Source: Balanoglossus misakiensis (lineage: Eukaryota; Animalia; Hemichordata). From it: DNA of 64,000 bases. The stretch covers positions 8,563,573 through 8,627,572 of the forward strand of contig CM082594.2 in NCBI GenBank assembly GCA_040954595.2, given 5' to 3'. Below the pieces are notes generated by a model, which was given only the letters and a program-made list of their open reading frames with translations, ran no database searches and was not told where the DNA came from. This document shows, piece by piece, positions 42,806 to 55,391 of this stretch (positions are counted from its first letter, which is position 1; every line of letters starts with the position of its first letter). Made by a program: the position numbers and the translations under genes.

Positions 42806-43850
42806 ATGGCGGCCACCGCGACAGAAGCGAGTGGAGGGGTGAGTGGTTAAAATGTCAATTTCCATCGACAAACGCGATCTTTAACTGTTTCGAAGGCAAA
42901 CTGAAAAGCATTTATCACTGCAGCTAGTTAGGGAACTATTTCATGCTGAAATTCTCCAGAACAAGATGGTGTGTCCAATTATGAATGTCCTTCATTGCTC
43001 TATCATGTTTATGCATGTCATCTTGTTCTGGGGATGTTGAACTGAAATGGAGCTGATCTCATAATGGTACGGTTGCCATGGAAACCGTTTTTTATGTGAG
43101 GCTTCTCACCTTCGCCATTTACACAGGGGTTTACATGTACATGTGAAATATCTTTCTGTGTTTTGTCCATTTACAGATAGCTGATAGCAGTATGCATGTA
43201 ACTATTGAAGATCAACAGAAAATTAATGTATTTGCCAGAAAAAATTCAAAGTTAGGAGAACTTAAGGATGAAATAGACGACAAAAAGGTAAGAAAAGTAA
43301 TGAGTCCTCCTGGAAGAGGTTAAGGAAAAATACTCAAAACAATTCTAGGAGTATTGAAATCCATGTGCGTTGACATATTTAAAATGATTCATGCTGGGTT
43401 TTTTTTACTATTTCAGAAAGAACTTCAAAATATAGAAGATGCTGCAGATGAGTTAGAATTGGCTGATGATGAAGAACTTATTCCATATCCTTTCTGTTAT
43501 TACAAAATATAATTCAATAGTGATTTGAGCTAAGAAGTCAATCCAATGGTTTGACCGGCTATGTCGATGCAGATTTGTGATTGATAGAAGTGCTTATAAC
43601 TGCCAACATCCCATAGATTGCTCTGTCTTCCTTGACAATTTCCACTTACCAGCTAGGAGAAGTATTTGTGCACCAGACAGTTGAACAGACACAAGCACTC
43701 TTAGAAGACGCCAAGAAAACTGTGCAGGGTGAAATCTCCGAACTTGAAGAACAAGTCAACGATATTAAATCACTCTTGTCAAACCTAAAAGTACAGTTGT
43801 ATGCAAAATTTGGCAAACATATTAACCTAGAAGCAGATGAAGATGCATAA
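42806..43850 (+). CDS. PFDN4: Prefoldin subunit 4
   Basis: Exons 42806-42838, 43177-43287, 43417-43484, 43646-43850: VTIEDQQKINVFARKN..IEDAADEL..LIPYQLGEVF..LKVQLYAKFGKHINLEADE. Confidence 0.95.
43485..43645 (+). other. U12-type (minor spliceosome) AT-AC intron of PFDN4
   Basis: 5' ATATCCTTT, branch point TTCCTTGAC (43628-43636), 3' CCAC; removal restores IPYQLGEVF. Confidence 0.93.
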
Positions 43851-44535
43851 CTGCTGTGTATGTATGTCACTGTAAAGAGACTAGAACTTTCATTTTGGAT
43901 TTTTTTTATTTTTATAGAATGATTTATCACAGCTTTTTCATTGTACATTCTGTTCTTGGGAGTTCTCAGCAATTGGTATAGAAATTGTGTATTTGGTACT
44001 TATACTTCATAACAAGGTTTATGCTGCAAATCAGAATTTGGGGAAAAAGTGAATCTTCATTGCAGTGTGTACCATAATTCCTATTCCAGAAATCTAGCTC
44101 TGTTCAAGTACTGTATGTTAATAAAGTCCAGTATCCCTTTCTTTTGAATTGGATCTTTTTTTTTCTGTGTCCGACTATGCATTGTGGACAATGAAGGGTA
44201 ATGAGTTATTTGTAACTTTTGGAAATGACACAAAAGCAACGCAACAGGGATCCGATGAGTATACATACACATTTATTTCATATTTGAGTATTTTATACTC
44301 GTAGGTCAAAGGTCACTTCCGACAACGGTATTGGCCTGGCTATCAGATAAAACAAGTTCAAATGTCATACATGCACAGAAACCACAACCGTGAATCACGA
44401 CAAACACAACATCTTGCAGGACATCAATTTTCTTCATGATTGTCTCGTATGATACAGAGTTGCATCACAGCCCACTGGACATACACCAGTGGGATTTGCG
44501 ATAAGATCCAACGCGGCTGCCAGGTAGAAGTGGGT

Positions 44536-47500
44536 TCATCTCTTGGGTGTCACCTGTGACAGCATGGCCTGGATTTCTTCTTTCAGTGCCCTGTCTGCTG
44601 GACCACATTTCTTCATCACTGCAATCAGGTCAATGTCACTCTTCTGCTGGAAGGCAGCCATTGCTGCTTGCTTCAAATCACTGAAAAACAGAACAAAACG
44701 GTGGTCAGACTTGCAGAGGCTGAACCAACAGCATGTCACAACATTGTTTTCAGACCTGGTGTTCAGTGAAGGCAAAGCAAATGACATACTTACCCAACTT
44801 TTATGCACATTTTCACTTTATTTTCCGGGGCAACTCTGGAAACATATTTGCTGGCTTCTACTCTGTTGTGATATTTCATACAAACTTCAACGAATGGCTG
44901 AAATGAGAGAAGAAATGTAATGACAATCTCCTTTGGATTATGGACTGAACAGCACTAAATGAGTGTCTACTACATGGTTGAAGCTACACTGAACACATAC
45001 CATCTGCTTATAGCTATTGCGATGTACAGACACGTTATTGCAAGAACATACCTCATAGCCTATTGGTGATTTCTTATTTTTTGAAAACCTGTCAAGTTCT
45101 ATCCAATCTCCTGTCTGGGCAAGTGCCTCTATCTTCAGCCACCAAAACCTGAATGAAGTGTCAGTAAATGAAAACTCACATCGAGACCTGCATCATATCA
45201 TCTATTTTTGAGAAAATGTTTTCTTTGAAGACAACTTGTTCACTTTAAAAAAAAAAAATTATATACAAAATTTAAAATTGTCCAAAACACCTTTCATGTT
45301 CTTAGGCATACCTTTTGTCTGGAACTTTAAACTCCTTTCTGAGTTGTTCCGCTAGTTTTGTATTCCCCTGAACCAGCAACTCGCACATGGTGTCATGGAG
45401 AGACAAATCTAAATATGGCCGCTGTAACTCTTCCTCCAGTCTCTTCTGGTATCGCATCAGTTTCACTTGCTCTTCAGTTTGCTGCAAATTAATTTAACAA
45501 CCGTGTGTACTGATAAAACTAAGCACTGGTAAATGAATATTTGCGTGTACTAATGGAATTTTCAGATTTTCCATATACCCTTGTAGTACTACTTGTACTC
45601 AATCCCATTGTTTTCAATGGCGTGACTGGACCCATACACTGACAAATAGAGGTGGAAGGTTTGGCAGTCACCTACCTTGGCAGCAAACTCAGCTTTGCCT
45701 TTGATGTTTGGATCCTGTGAACTCTTGGCCTTGGTGTAATTGTCCTGCGCATCGTACAGGGCTTTAAACCTGGCATCAAGACGCTGAAATGACATGGTTA
45801 GTGTTCACAAAAAGTTTGATAAACTCCACAATGGGAGACAAAGGGGACGGGCCAGTCATTTCAGAGCACCTATAGAATACATACACTATTACTGATAAAC
45901 TGGACACTATCTAATGGTCTAAACAAAAACCAATTAACTGTGAACATGATTCCCAGTCATCATTGCATGGCGTATTTAAAGCAACCTGCATGACTAACTT
46001 ACCTCCTCTTTATAACTTTCAATAATTTTGTTACTGGCTATTTCTATAAAGTCATCATTCTGATAGTAGAGCTCCACCAAAGTCTCCATGTTCTGTTCTC
46101 TGCAATACTGAAAAAAATAACAGCAAATTAACAATACCAATTTACTGCCAAAGACCGTAATTTCAAACAGCCTAAAATTCAAATGAAGCATATTCCAAAA
46201 TAGTTGTCTAATCTGTACCTGCATCCAGAGGCTCTGTGCCACAGGAAGGTTTCTTAGCGTCATCAGGAAGTCACCTGCATCCATGTTCTCTTTCAAGTGT
46301 AAAAGTACTGTGTACACTAAAAAACAAAATACAAGTACGTGAACATGTGATAATTTTCTTGGATGTGTATATTATGAAATGGCACCAGTGAGTCCTCTAA
46401 CAAACAGTATTTCTGAACCCTTTGTACGAATGCAAAAAATTCTTTCAGACAAGTAGCTGTTTGTACAGTGTGTCAGTGATATGCCAAGCTGGAAATGTCT
46501 TCCAAAACTATGCTGAAAAGTTTCTGGAAATGTCAGTGTTACCTAAGTCTGTGTCTCCACTTTCTATGGCTTTCATCAGGGCTACATCATCTTTCTTCAT
46601 TTTCATCAACAAGGGCACCTGTTCTGCAGCCTTGGGTTCAAAATCTAACAACTGAAAAGAGACAAGGGAGTCACAATCAGCTGCACATAAAGATACTTTA
46701 TTCATGTTATATCATGGAAATTCTTCAAGAAATCAAACACTGCCTTGGCCACGTAACATTCTTACCCTAATGGCTAGGTCCTTCTTCCCACATTCCGAAG
46801 CCTTGGCTGCAATTTCGGAATACGATATACCAGGAGTGTCGCCCAGTTTGGACTGGATAGCTCTGGCAATCTGTTCATCATCGTGATTTTTCTGTTCCAC
46901 CTGCAGTATACGATCATATCGTTTTTGGTTCATTTTTTACCATAGCTCCAACATTTAGTAAATAACCCACACAAGTGAGAGAGACACTACTCCCCCCCCC
47001 CCTTTTTTTTGGGGGGGGGGGGGGGGAAGGGGTCTGTGTTAACAAATTTATTTAGAACTTTACCTTGTAACAAGCCCAGTGCGCCAAGATCCTACTTTCC
47101 CCCTCTGCTTCAGGCATTTTCAAATATTTACAGATACGTATCGCAAGACACCACTCGTGCCGAAAGACAAGTCTGAAACATAAAATACAAGTCAAGGTAA
47201 CAATTCAAAGTGGTGCTTACACCACTGTTTTTCAGTTCAAGGTTCTCACCACATCATTGAAAACAAAAGGATGAGTGTACCAAACAATCATGAGATGTTA
47301 TAAGAAGAATCGATTACATATAAACTTACCTGTCTATAAGTACATTTAGCCGAAGGTGCTCCAATCTATGACCCAGTTAAGGAACAAATTCACATAGTAT
47401 GAATCAAAAATTTAAATTTTGTACTCATGTATATTTTTCGCAGATTTCCACTTGTTGAAAGGATACTGTGAATAAGTCAATGGCATGCCAACTTTGTAGT

Positions 47501-50500
47501 CTCGAATGGCGTTCAGCACTCGTAACATCTGACACATGTTGACGAAAGCTTCCGGCCTCATGTCGTTCAAGAAACATTTACCAAATGCTGCAGCCTGTAA
47601 AGAGATATGTGTTTGTACACAATCATCATCACGAATGTTAATATGCAATAAGTGTCCTAGCTGAGAACAAGTTCACAAGTTCAGAAACACTGAATAAATC
47701 ACATCATCAGGAAAAAAATTCAGGTTTACTAAGACTCACCCTGAGCAACATTCTCTGAGTGTTCGGTTCATACTCAGCACCTGCAGCCACAATACACTGT
47801 TCAACAGCTTCTTGTAATTTTTCTTTAATCATTCTGATGTATTCGTCTGCCTTCTGGCTTCCTTTCTACAACATCAAAAAAGGATTTCCCAAACACAATT
47901 ATTACTATCAACTGCCCATTGAAGTGAATACATGTACACTTTAAATGATTCAACCTCAATGGGGACAAACCACTAAAAAGAGGGGATTGAGAATGTCCAC
48001 TTTTGTTCATTCTGACCTGAAACTCCTTGGAGGCTTCATACAGCATTGCTCCTGGAGCCATCGACCCAATCTTGAAGACCGTTTCAACCATTGCTGTGGT
48101 AGAATAAATGCAATAGCTGGTTATTCATACAGTTACATATGTTGACATCTGCACATATTTCATACTATACATGTATCTGTTTCTGTACTAATACATGTAA
48201 CCCTTCAGATATGAACAGTATCAGTAAATGGTGACTTACATGGAACTCTCTGAAGGAAGTCATGAGTGTATTTGCCAATGATTCTGAGACCGTCCAACTC
48301 AGGTACAAGATGAACAACACTGTCCATGTTGTACTTAACCCAGTCTTTGTCAGGTCCAACCATTAGTAACAGGTTCTCCCAATAGCCCACAATGGCACCC
48401 GTTCCACACCACACCAACTGCTGTGGTTTGGCGTGCGATTTGGTGTTGAATTCACAGTACCCTTTCTGAAGTACAGAATTATCAAGAAAATATTTTTTTT
48501 AAAACTGTCAATGAAAAAGAAACCAACCAAGCACACGCTATCTCTAAGCTAGTGCTCCACCAAAAAAACTTTCTCACCTGCAAATCAGCTGACCCAATCC
48601 ACAGCAAACCACTGTCAGTGAACAGAGCCAAGTACTTGTGATTGAATGAAAATGACATATCGATGAAGGAATTGACTTCTGCAGTCATAGGAGGGGCCTG
48701 AAAATAAATGCACCACATTTTTACAACGGCAGTATTATATCGCTTGAGGGTCTGTGCGAACACCAAACTTCTAATCATCTGTTTTTCATAGTAATCCCAT
48801 TTCTGAGATTGGCAAAAACATAAGTTACATACCACTTGGGAAAACTGTCCACCATGATCAAGCATAAATAGATCTGAATCCCTGGCCAGTAATATACGCG
48901 ACTGCCGGTCTTCCGATATGACAGCCCAACATGTTGGCGGAGAGCTGAGACCTGGAAACAAAATATTCTGTTAACTGTTGAATAGTCAATAACGCAGTCC
49001 CTCTTGGATTGATGGATTGTATGTCTAAGTATGTTCTCCTCAGATAAATGAAAATATTTCTACAGATGATTTTACATTCCTCACCTGGAGCATCTGCCAT
49101 TTTTCTCACTCTGGGCTCCTCCACATTATTTGCCACGTAAAACTTACAGCTGTTTGTCAGGATGGCCAGTCCAGTGCCGCTGAAACTGCGAAATACACTA
49201 CACTCTAGGACTAGTGTGTCCTTCGCTTCCTGTTTAGAGATAAAACCACAGAGACCTAGCTTAATAGCAGCCACTTCATTGATGGTTAAGTCACCAGTTT
49301 ATTTTACTGTTATACATATGATACAATCATTACAAATTCATACTGGCATATGTTCATAATATTTCAACTTATTTCATTGGTATTACAGTTTATGTGTTGA
49401 CAAGACAGTGACAATATATTTACCTGTCCCATGCTAAAGGTTCTCTTAAAATGCCCAAAAATGTCATACACCAATACACTGCCATCTTCTTGAATGCAAA
49501 GTAAATCTTCTGTGTTAGACCAACCCATGTGGATTATGTGGCCGCTGTTCCACTGAAAATTGTAAATAAATTTACTGTACATCATTCCTCGGTAAATTAT
49601 TTATTACTATTTGATTTGAATAGTGAATTTATCAATCCATGAAATTGTTAAAGCTTAGTTACAGACTAACCTTTATCTCTGAAATATAGTTGCCTGATGC
49701 AGAGAAAATATAAATAGTTGGTTTGGCAGTTGTTGCTTTCACAATCTTGCTGTCATCTCTTATTAACGCTGGATCAAAACAAAGGATAACAATAACCATT
49801 ATCATATTATCAACTTGGCCAATATTGCGAATAATATCAAACACAACTATTTACTATAGAGGGGCAGTGTCCAGCATCTCAAAAGGCATATCCTCATTGG
49901 CATTCATCGGGAGAGACAGAATGAGACAATCCTTACCTACTGGCCCTCCATATGGTGCTGCTGCAACTTTAAACTTCGCCAAGTCAATATCATGTCGAAT
50001 CCACCCCATACTGTACAACTCAATTTTCCTGTAATTCAATGAAACATACATGCATATTGTAATAGTAATAACCTAAGTATACATATGATTGTTCAATAAT
50101 GCAAGCATGTGGTGGCTGGACGAGTTCACCAACTAGCTGACTTCTCTGGTAACCAATTATGTTCAATAGAGGGTCCTATGGCACGTCCACGGTCCTGAAA
50201 GGTCCATGGTCTGACGTACTGCAGTCAAATGCAGTTGACTCAGACTGATTGTTGTGTTGACTGAAACCCGGAAGTTGCTTCTACAATTACAACCCATGCT
50301 TTTACTTTTAGCTCCTCTGTCAAATGGCAGCGGTTGCAAGATCAAAAGACCGAACAGACTTATCGTATTCATGATGCTTCCTCTTGGAGTGATTTCTAAT
50401 GATCAGCACAGATATTCTTTTACACTAATTACAGTCAACCTGTGCAAAATGGGAAACGCCCACTCCTACCACAGTCGTCTGCAACTCCAGTTGGCACTGT

Positions 50501-50677
50501 TGCAGACGACATCGGGTGGAGTTAACAAATAACAGCATAATGAATTCAAAGTAGATGAGCCTAAAAATAGATAAATTACACGCAAAAAGTTAAAATCAAA
50601 TCGTGCAATCGAGTATATTATCATTACCTGTAAAACACCTCTCCCAGAGGGTTCCAGTCTGCTGTGACGTGCGCCAT
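44536..50677 (-). CDS. VPS16: Vacuolar protein sorting-associated protein 16 (HOPS/CORVET core subunit)
   Basis: About 22 exons: [24 protein letters not shown]; VAAAPYGGP; [10 protein letters not shown]; [10 protein letters not shown]; [20 protein letters not shown]; [10 protein letters not shown]; [10 protein letters not shown]; [19 protein letters not shown]; [19 protein letters not shown]. Confidence 0.95.
47366..47466 (-). other. U12-type GT-AG intron of VPS16
   Basis: Minus-strand 5' GTATCCTTT, branch TTCCTTAAC (47376-47384) about 10 nt before TAG; removal gives [18 protein letters not shown]. Confidence 0.93.
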
Positions 50678-51343
50678 CTTGTTTTCTTCGTATTTCCCAC
50701 AATGCACCTATAAAACAAAAGAGCAATCACAGCAACCCACTGGATCCACGCACCCATGAAGTGTAACGCGCAAAAACTTTACTAGGAAAATTTCAACATT
50801 TTGCCGCAATGTGATTAATTTGTAAAATATTGCGAATACTGACAAATAGTTCCTCTGTTTCTTATATCAGCTGTCATGTTCTCTTATGGATCCGGAGAGG
50901 CCTAGGCCTACACAAGATTATGATTGTCACTGTGCGAAACTTAAAAAAAAAAACTATTATTTCAGGAAAAAATAGGAGTAGCGATTGATTTTTTGTCTTG
51001 GCGCACTAGACCAGCTTCTAATCAATGCTTTTACATACCAATGATTTTGTTGTCGCCTTGGTACTTAAAATTTGATTAAAAGTAGCTTTTTGCGTCTCTT
51101 AAACCATAGACAGTCTATGTTTAAACCCAATGGATCCGTGACAACTGCCTGAGATTTAGGGTTGGGAAGTAAAAACTCTCACAGCACGGTCGTAGATCTT
51201 GTTATGTCGCGGTTTGGAAGTTGCAGGTTCTTTCCCCGACCGTGTTTCTTTCGACCCTCATGATGATTATACAGTGTACGTCAACTCAAGATAAAACGCC
51301 ATTTGTGTTTCATAAAATGTCTAAATTTTATTGGTGTATGTAG

Positions 51344-51427
51344 GTCAGGATGGCCGAGCGGTCTAAGGCGCTGCGTTCAGGTCGCAGTCTACTCTTGTAG
51401 GCGTGGGTTCGAATCCCACTTCTGACA
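51344..51427 (+). tRNA. tRNA-Leu (anticodon CAG)
   Basis: GTCAGGATGGCCGAGCGGTCTAAGGCGCTGCGTTCAGGTCGCAG...GGTTCGAATCCCACTTCTGACA; intact A and B boxes, long variable arm, anticodon 51378-51380. Confidence 0.97.
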
Positions 51428-51433
51428 CTATCC

Positions 51434-51440
51434 TTTTTTT
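51434..51440 (+). terminator. RNA polymerase III oligo-T terminator
   Basis: T7 run 6 nt after the tRNA 3' end. Confidence 0.8.
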
Positions 51441-52202
51441 GCGATTTGTCGAAGACAAAAACTTAGGTTCTCCCATTCTAATGATACTCTACACATCCAT
51501 TTATTTTTTTCTGTAATTTTTTTTTCAAATGAAAGCACATGACCACCCGGTGATTCACCTCAACCCAGCATGCATCTGGTCATTCCGAACGACCAATTTA
51601 ATTTAAGCGAAACGAAAGCTGGACTGTCGACACCCACTTTATGACTAATAGTTTTCTATTTCGCTGAACAATTGCTGTAGAAATTTGAAGCGATTTGCCT
51701 CGTTCTTCCTACAATCCGTTACGTACGTGCTAAACGTTGCAATCTCACCTTGGTTGGTCAGTAGACTAATCATGTCAGTGTTGCTTTAACAGCCGTGACC
51801 GCTCCTCTGACACTGTTGAAATTCATATAATTATGTGTACCCTCAGTTAATATTTCGGTCGCGTCACTTTCGCCAACATCAGGTCCTTTTTTTTACATTA
51901 TTTTATTTTCAAAGACGTGCATTTTACTTTGTAGCAACTTGAGGTAATGAATTCCATAGATATCACTCAATGTTTTGAATTAAAATATATTTGAACATGG
52001 CTGTTTGATTTGGAGTCATGCATATAATCTGAATCAACAGAGGATATTAATGTGTACCACCACATCTTTCACTATATTCCATTATGCGCGTAGCAGCTGG
52101 TGCTTGACGCTAAAAATTGTCGTTGTGACGCAAATATCTGCCATTTGTGCCCAAGAGATCTGTGCGGTGCACTGACAAAAAGAGTGATATATTAATTCAG
52201 CC

Positions 52203-53041
52203 ATGGAACAGGGTGGAATCAGTAAGTATGGTAGATTTTTGTCCACACTGTCTGAACATTAATTACACGAGGAAAACTCTGTGAAACAGTAGTAATTATT
52301 TCATGTATCTTAATCGTGTCTTAATCGTAACCCCGAAAATTGTTTATGGTGGTTTAACTTTCTCTGTATGCTTTTTTTTTTAAATTAAATTTCGGATATC
52401 TTTTATTCAGACTATGAAAAGATGCCCAGTGAATCGGTCAACCTGTATAAAACAACGGACCAAAGCAGCAGACTTGTCCGCCAGCTAGAAGTTCCCGATG
52501 ATCACATGGGTCTGGCAATCTTCTCAACGGTCTGTTGTTTCTGGCCGGTCGGAATATTCGCCATACTGAAAGCTAGAGATGTAAGTTAATGCAGCTGGCA
52601 CCAAATACCCAACCCATTATGCTAAGAATTCCACCCGACCGAGATTTGTTTCACAATCTGGCCTCAATGATATCTGTTCCCAGTTGACAACTTAATAATT
52701 GAATGTTGCGTGGACCCACTACGCAAACTTCATGTGTATTTTGCTATCCATAATCATACTAGTCTAGACTCCAGACTCGCGTGTGTTTTATCGCCAGGAT
52801 CCACCCACACACACACACACACGAGTCTGGATTCTATACTATAGTCATACCAGTACACGTACATTATCCACACGTTATTCTATAGGTTCACAAAAAGGCG
52901 TGGCAAGGAAACATGACCGCGTCTGCGGATGCATCCAGGTGGGCCCTTTTACTGTCCCAAATAGCCCTGGGCATTGGGATTCTTATTATCATCATCGTCG
53001 TCGTCATCAGCGTCGTGGAACATCATTATGACCAACTGTAG
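52203..53041 (+). CDS. CD225/dispanin family membrane protein (PRRT1/SynDIG/IFITM-related), about 114 aa
   Basis: Exons 52203-52221, 52411-52580, 52886-53041: MEQGGINYEKM...VPDDHMGLAIFSTVCCFWPVGIFAILKARDVHKKAWQGNMTASADASRWALLLSQIALGIGILIIIIVVVISVV..*. CCFWPxG is a dispanin hallmark. Not in the ORF track. Confidence 0.88.
52760..52841. mobile_element. Short MITE-like inverted repeat in dispanin intron 2
   Basis: Arms TAGTCTAGACTCCAGACTCGCGTGT / ACACACGAGTCTGGATTCTATACTA (22 of 25 complementary) around a CA run. Confidence 0.55.
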
Positions 53042-53680
53042 TGCCTCTGCCAACTGTACTGATCACCTTCATCCCAGAAGAGTAAACTGTGACGATTGAA
53101 GACGAAAGAAGGGGAAATGTACTTTAACATAACGATGTAAGCTGCGAAGCTGTGTTGCATAGTCCAAAGGCCTAATAACTATGCCAATTTTGCTGTCGAA
53201 TATGCCACCAAAGAAATTTCAGTGTAACTATATAAAATATAATGAGTCATCAGTTTGATAACTCCATACTGGACACTGGAATATACTGCATCATGCCATG
53301 GTGATGGTGATTTTGAATATTGACGATCTTGATTGGGGACTGTTGGTGGTAGAATAAACACAGAAGACAGGTTCTATTGTCATTTTTTTTATTTGTTGCT
53401 TCGGACAAAGGAGAAACATAGAGCTTATATGTACAAATCGTACCCCACCTACGTGCCACCTATAGTCATGATAGACAGGCCCTCAGGTGTTGCACAGTAA
53501 AACAGTTTTGGTAGTTGCCGCAAAAAGAGATGTATTTTCATTTTATGCCAAAGTTCGTAAACTCTTTTTTTTGCGCCCAGCACGGTTTCAAATTGATCTG
53601 CACGTGGCATCATTGCACAGAGGTTCATTACTCCTGGACACTGTTCTTCAAAAGTCATCTTAAATTTATTAATGGTTTAT

Positions 53681-54810
53681 CTATGCTACCATAGAAGAGC
53701 TGTGACTGTCTTTGGAGCAGCTTTTGCAACACGCCATGCACGCGCAGAAGCCACAGCACACCAGACCCACGATGACAATAAACACGAGGAAAGCCGCTAC
53801 AAGCAGACACACCAGTACAATCAACCACGTCCTGAAAGTAAAAATAATAATGATTTTTGAAAAACAAATCTGGGTTTCTTGTCCGAGTAATAACGTGGCT
53901 GGAACTTGAAGACAGGATCGCCTGGATCGCCTGTCTGTGCCAGGTGTACTCACAGGTGTAATCACAGGTGCTTGCGAAGAGGAATGATTGGCTAGCACTT
54001 TTTGGTGTGCATATCCTGACTCGCCCAAACAAAACCATACCCACGTGTTGCTATGGAATTTAACCTTTGCAAAGTAGCGATTTTTATGAAACAAAGACGG
54101 TGAACACCCCTTTTCGATAGATCTATGGATTAATCAATCAATCGATCAAATCGCTGAATACTTACTCCACATACTCTTCTGTGCAGCAACTCTTCTGGTT
54201 GTCATAGACAACACAACAAACAGTGTGGTCTTGTGTATCGTTCGTGTTGGGACGAGGACAGTAATCGAACGGCCAGTCTGACGGACAATCAACAGCCGAC
54301 ACGGATGGTACTGAAAATATATTGTGTCTTACCCGATTAATCGTTAAAAGAAAATGTAAATATTCGTGCAGCGGGTATCTTACAAATATTTCCGTTGTCA
54401 CGGTCAGGGGCGGTGTTAGCAATTCGGGACTTAAAAGTCACTGTCAACAGAGCTAAACCTGCGGGAATCGATGTTTTACACGAAGAAGCAAGCAAGCAAG
54501 CGAGGGAGGGTGAAATATTGGTACCGTATCTGCACCCAGTCTGACTTGCAAGTGGTAATTTCAAATACAATGTATTGATGTTATCCTTCTCATAAAGTAT
54601 ACTGGTGATATTTTCCCGACACTCCTGAGTGAATTCGTTGACGGCAAATGGCGATATAGCTAACAACAATTGACGCGAATGTTATAATGACCATCAAAGC
54701 GTTAATTGTACTGGTAGCCAATGATCTTTAGAGTACATACGAAATTGCTTACCATAAAACATAGCAAATGTGACAATAGCTACAACAAAAAGAATTTTTG
54801 TCGATTCCAT
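53681..54810 (-). CDS. Shisa-like six-cysteine single-pass membrane protein, copy A
   Basis: Exons 54753-54810 (signal MESTKILFVVAIVTFAMFY), 54166-54310 (CPSDWPFDYCPRPNTNDTQDHTVCCVVYDNQKSCC), 53681-53831 (TM, then CCGFCACMACCKSC). Confidence 0.82.
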
Positions 54811-55391
54811 CGTGGTCTCTCTCAAGCTTTGGCGAGTCACACAACAGTTCCTGTCGGCTGGCTTCCAGATGTGAAGTGATCAGTGGTGCAGGTTCTCAAA
54901 GTAACAGATCGAGATGATTTTCGGTTTAAATTTCATCTTATCACCGCATACTGAATCATAAGTATACACGCACAGATGAATCACGATAGTTGTACAGTCG
55001 AATATTCCGTTTGACCTGATTCCAAAGGTGTCCTTGCCACTTTGGCCAGTGGTGACGTCATAGTTTGCGCTGGACAACACCAAAATGTAACCAGGTGTCT
55101 TTTTTAGGTGATATACTCATACACAGCATACACAGACAGACACAAGAGAGATGAAATTTTCGTATTCTATGGGGGAATTTTGCAAGCATTTTTAAATTAC
55201 AGTACTAGTAGTTTCATGTAAGTTTAATCTAAGATTTTATTAGTCCTAATTACGCATACACTCTTGGCAAATCAGAAATACTGGTTTAGATTTAACTCTT
55301 CTAAGGTTTTGGTTTACAATTACACAATTTCGGATATGTTGTAATGACAAACTATTCCAAGCGCTGAAGTCTTCAACGTCCGATTTGTTTC

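Noticed and set aside
46993-47027. Poly-C/poly-T/poly-G hairpin in a VPS16 intron
   Set aside because: Homopolymer runs are common in this window and error-prone in sequencing.
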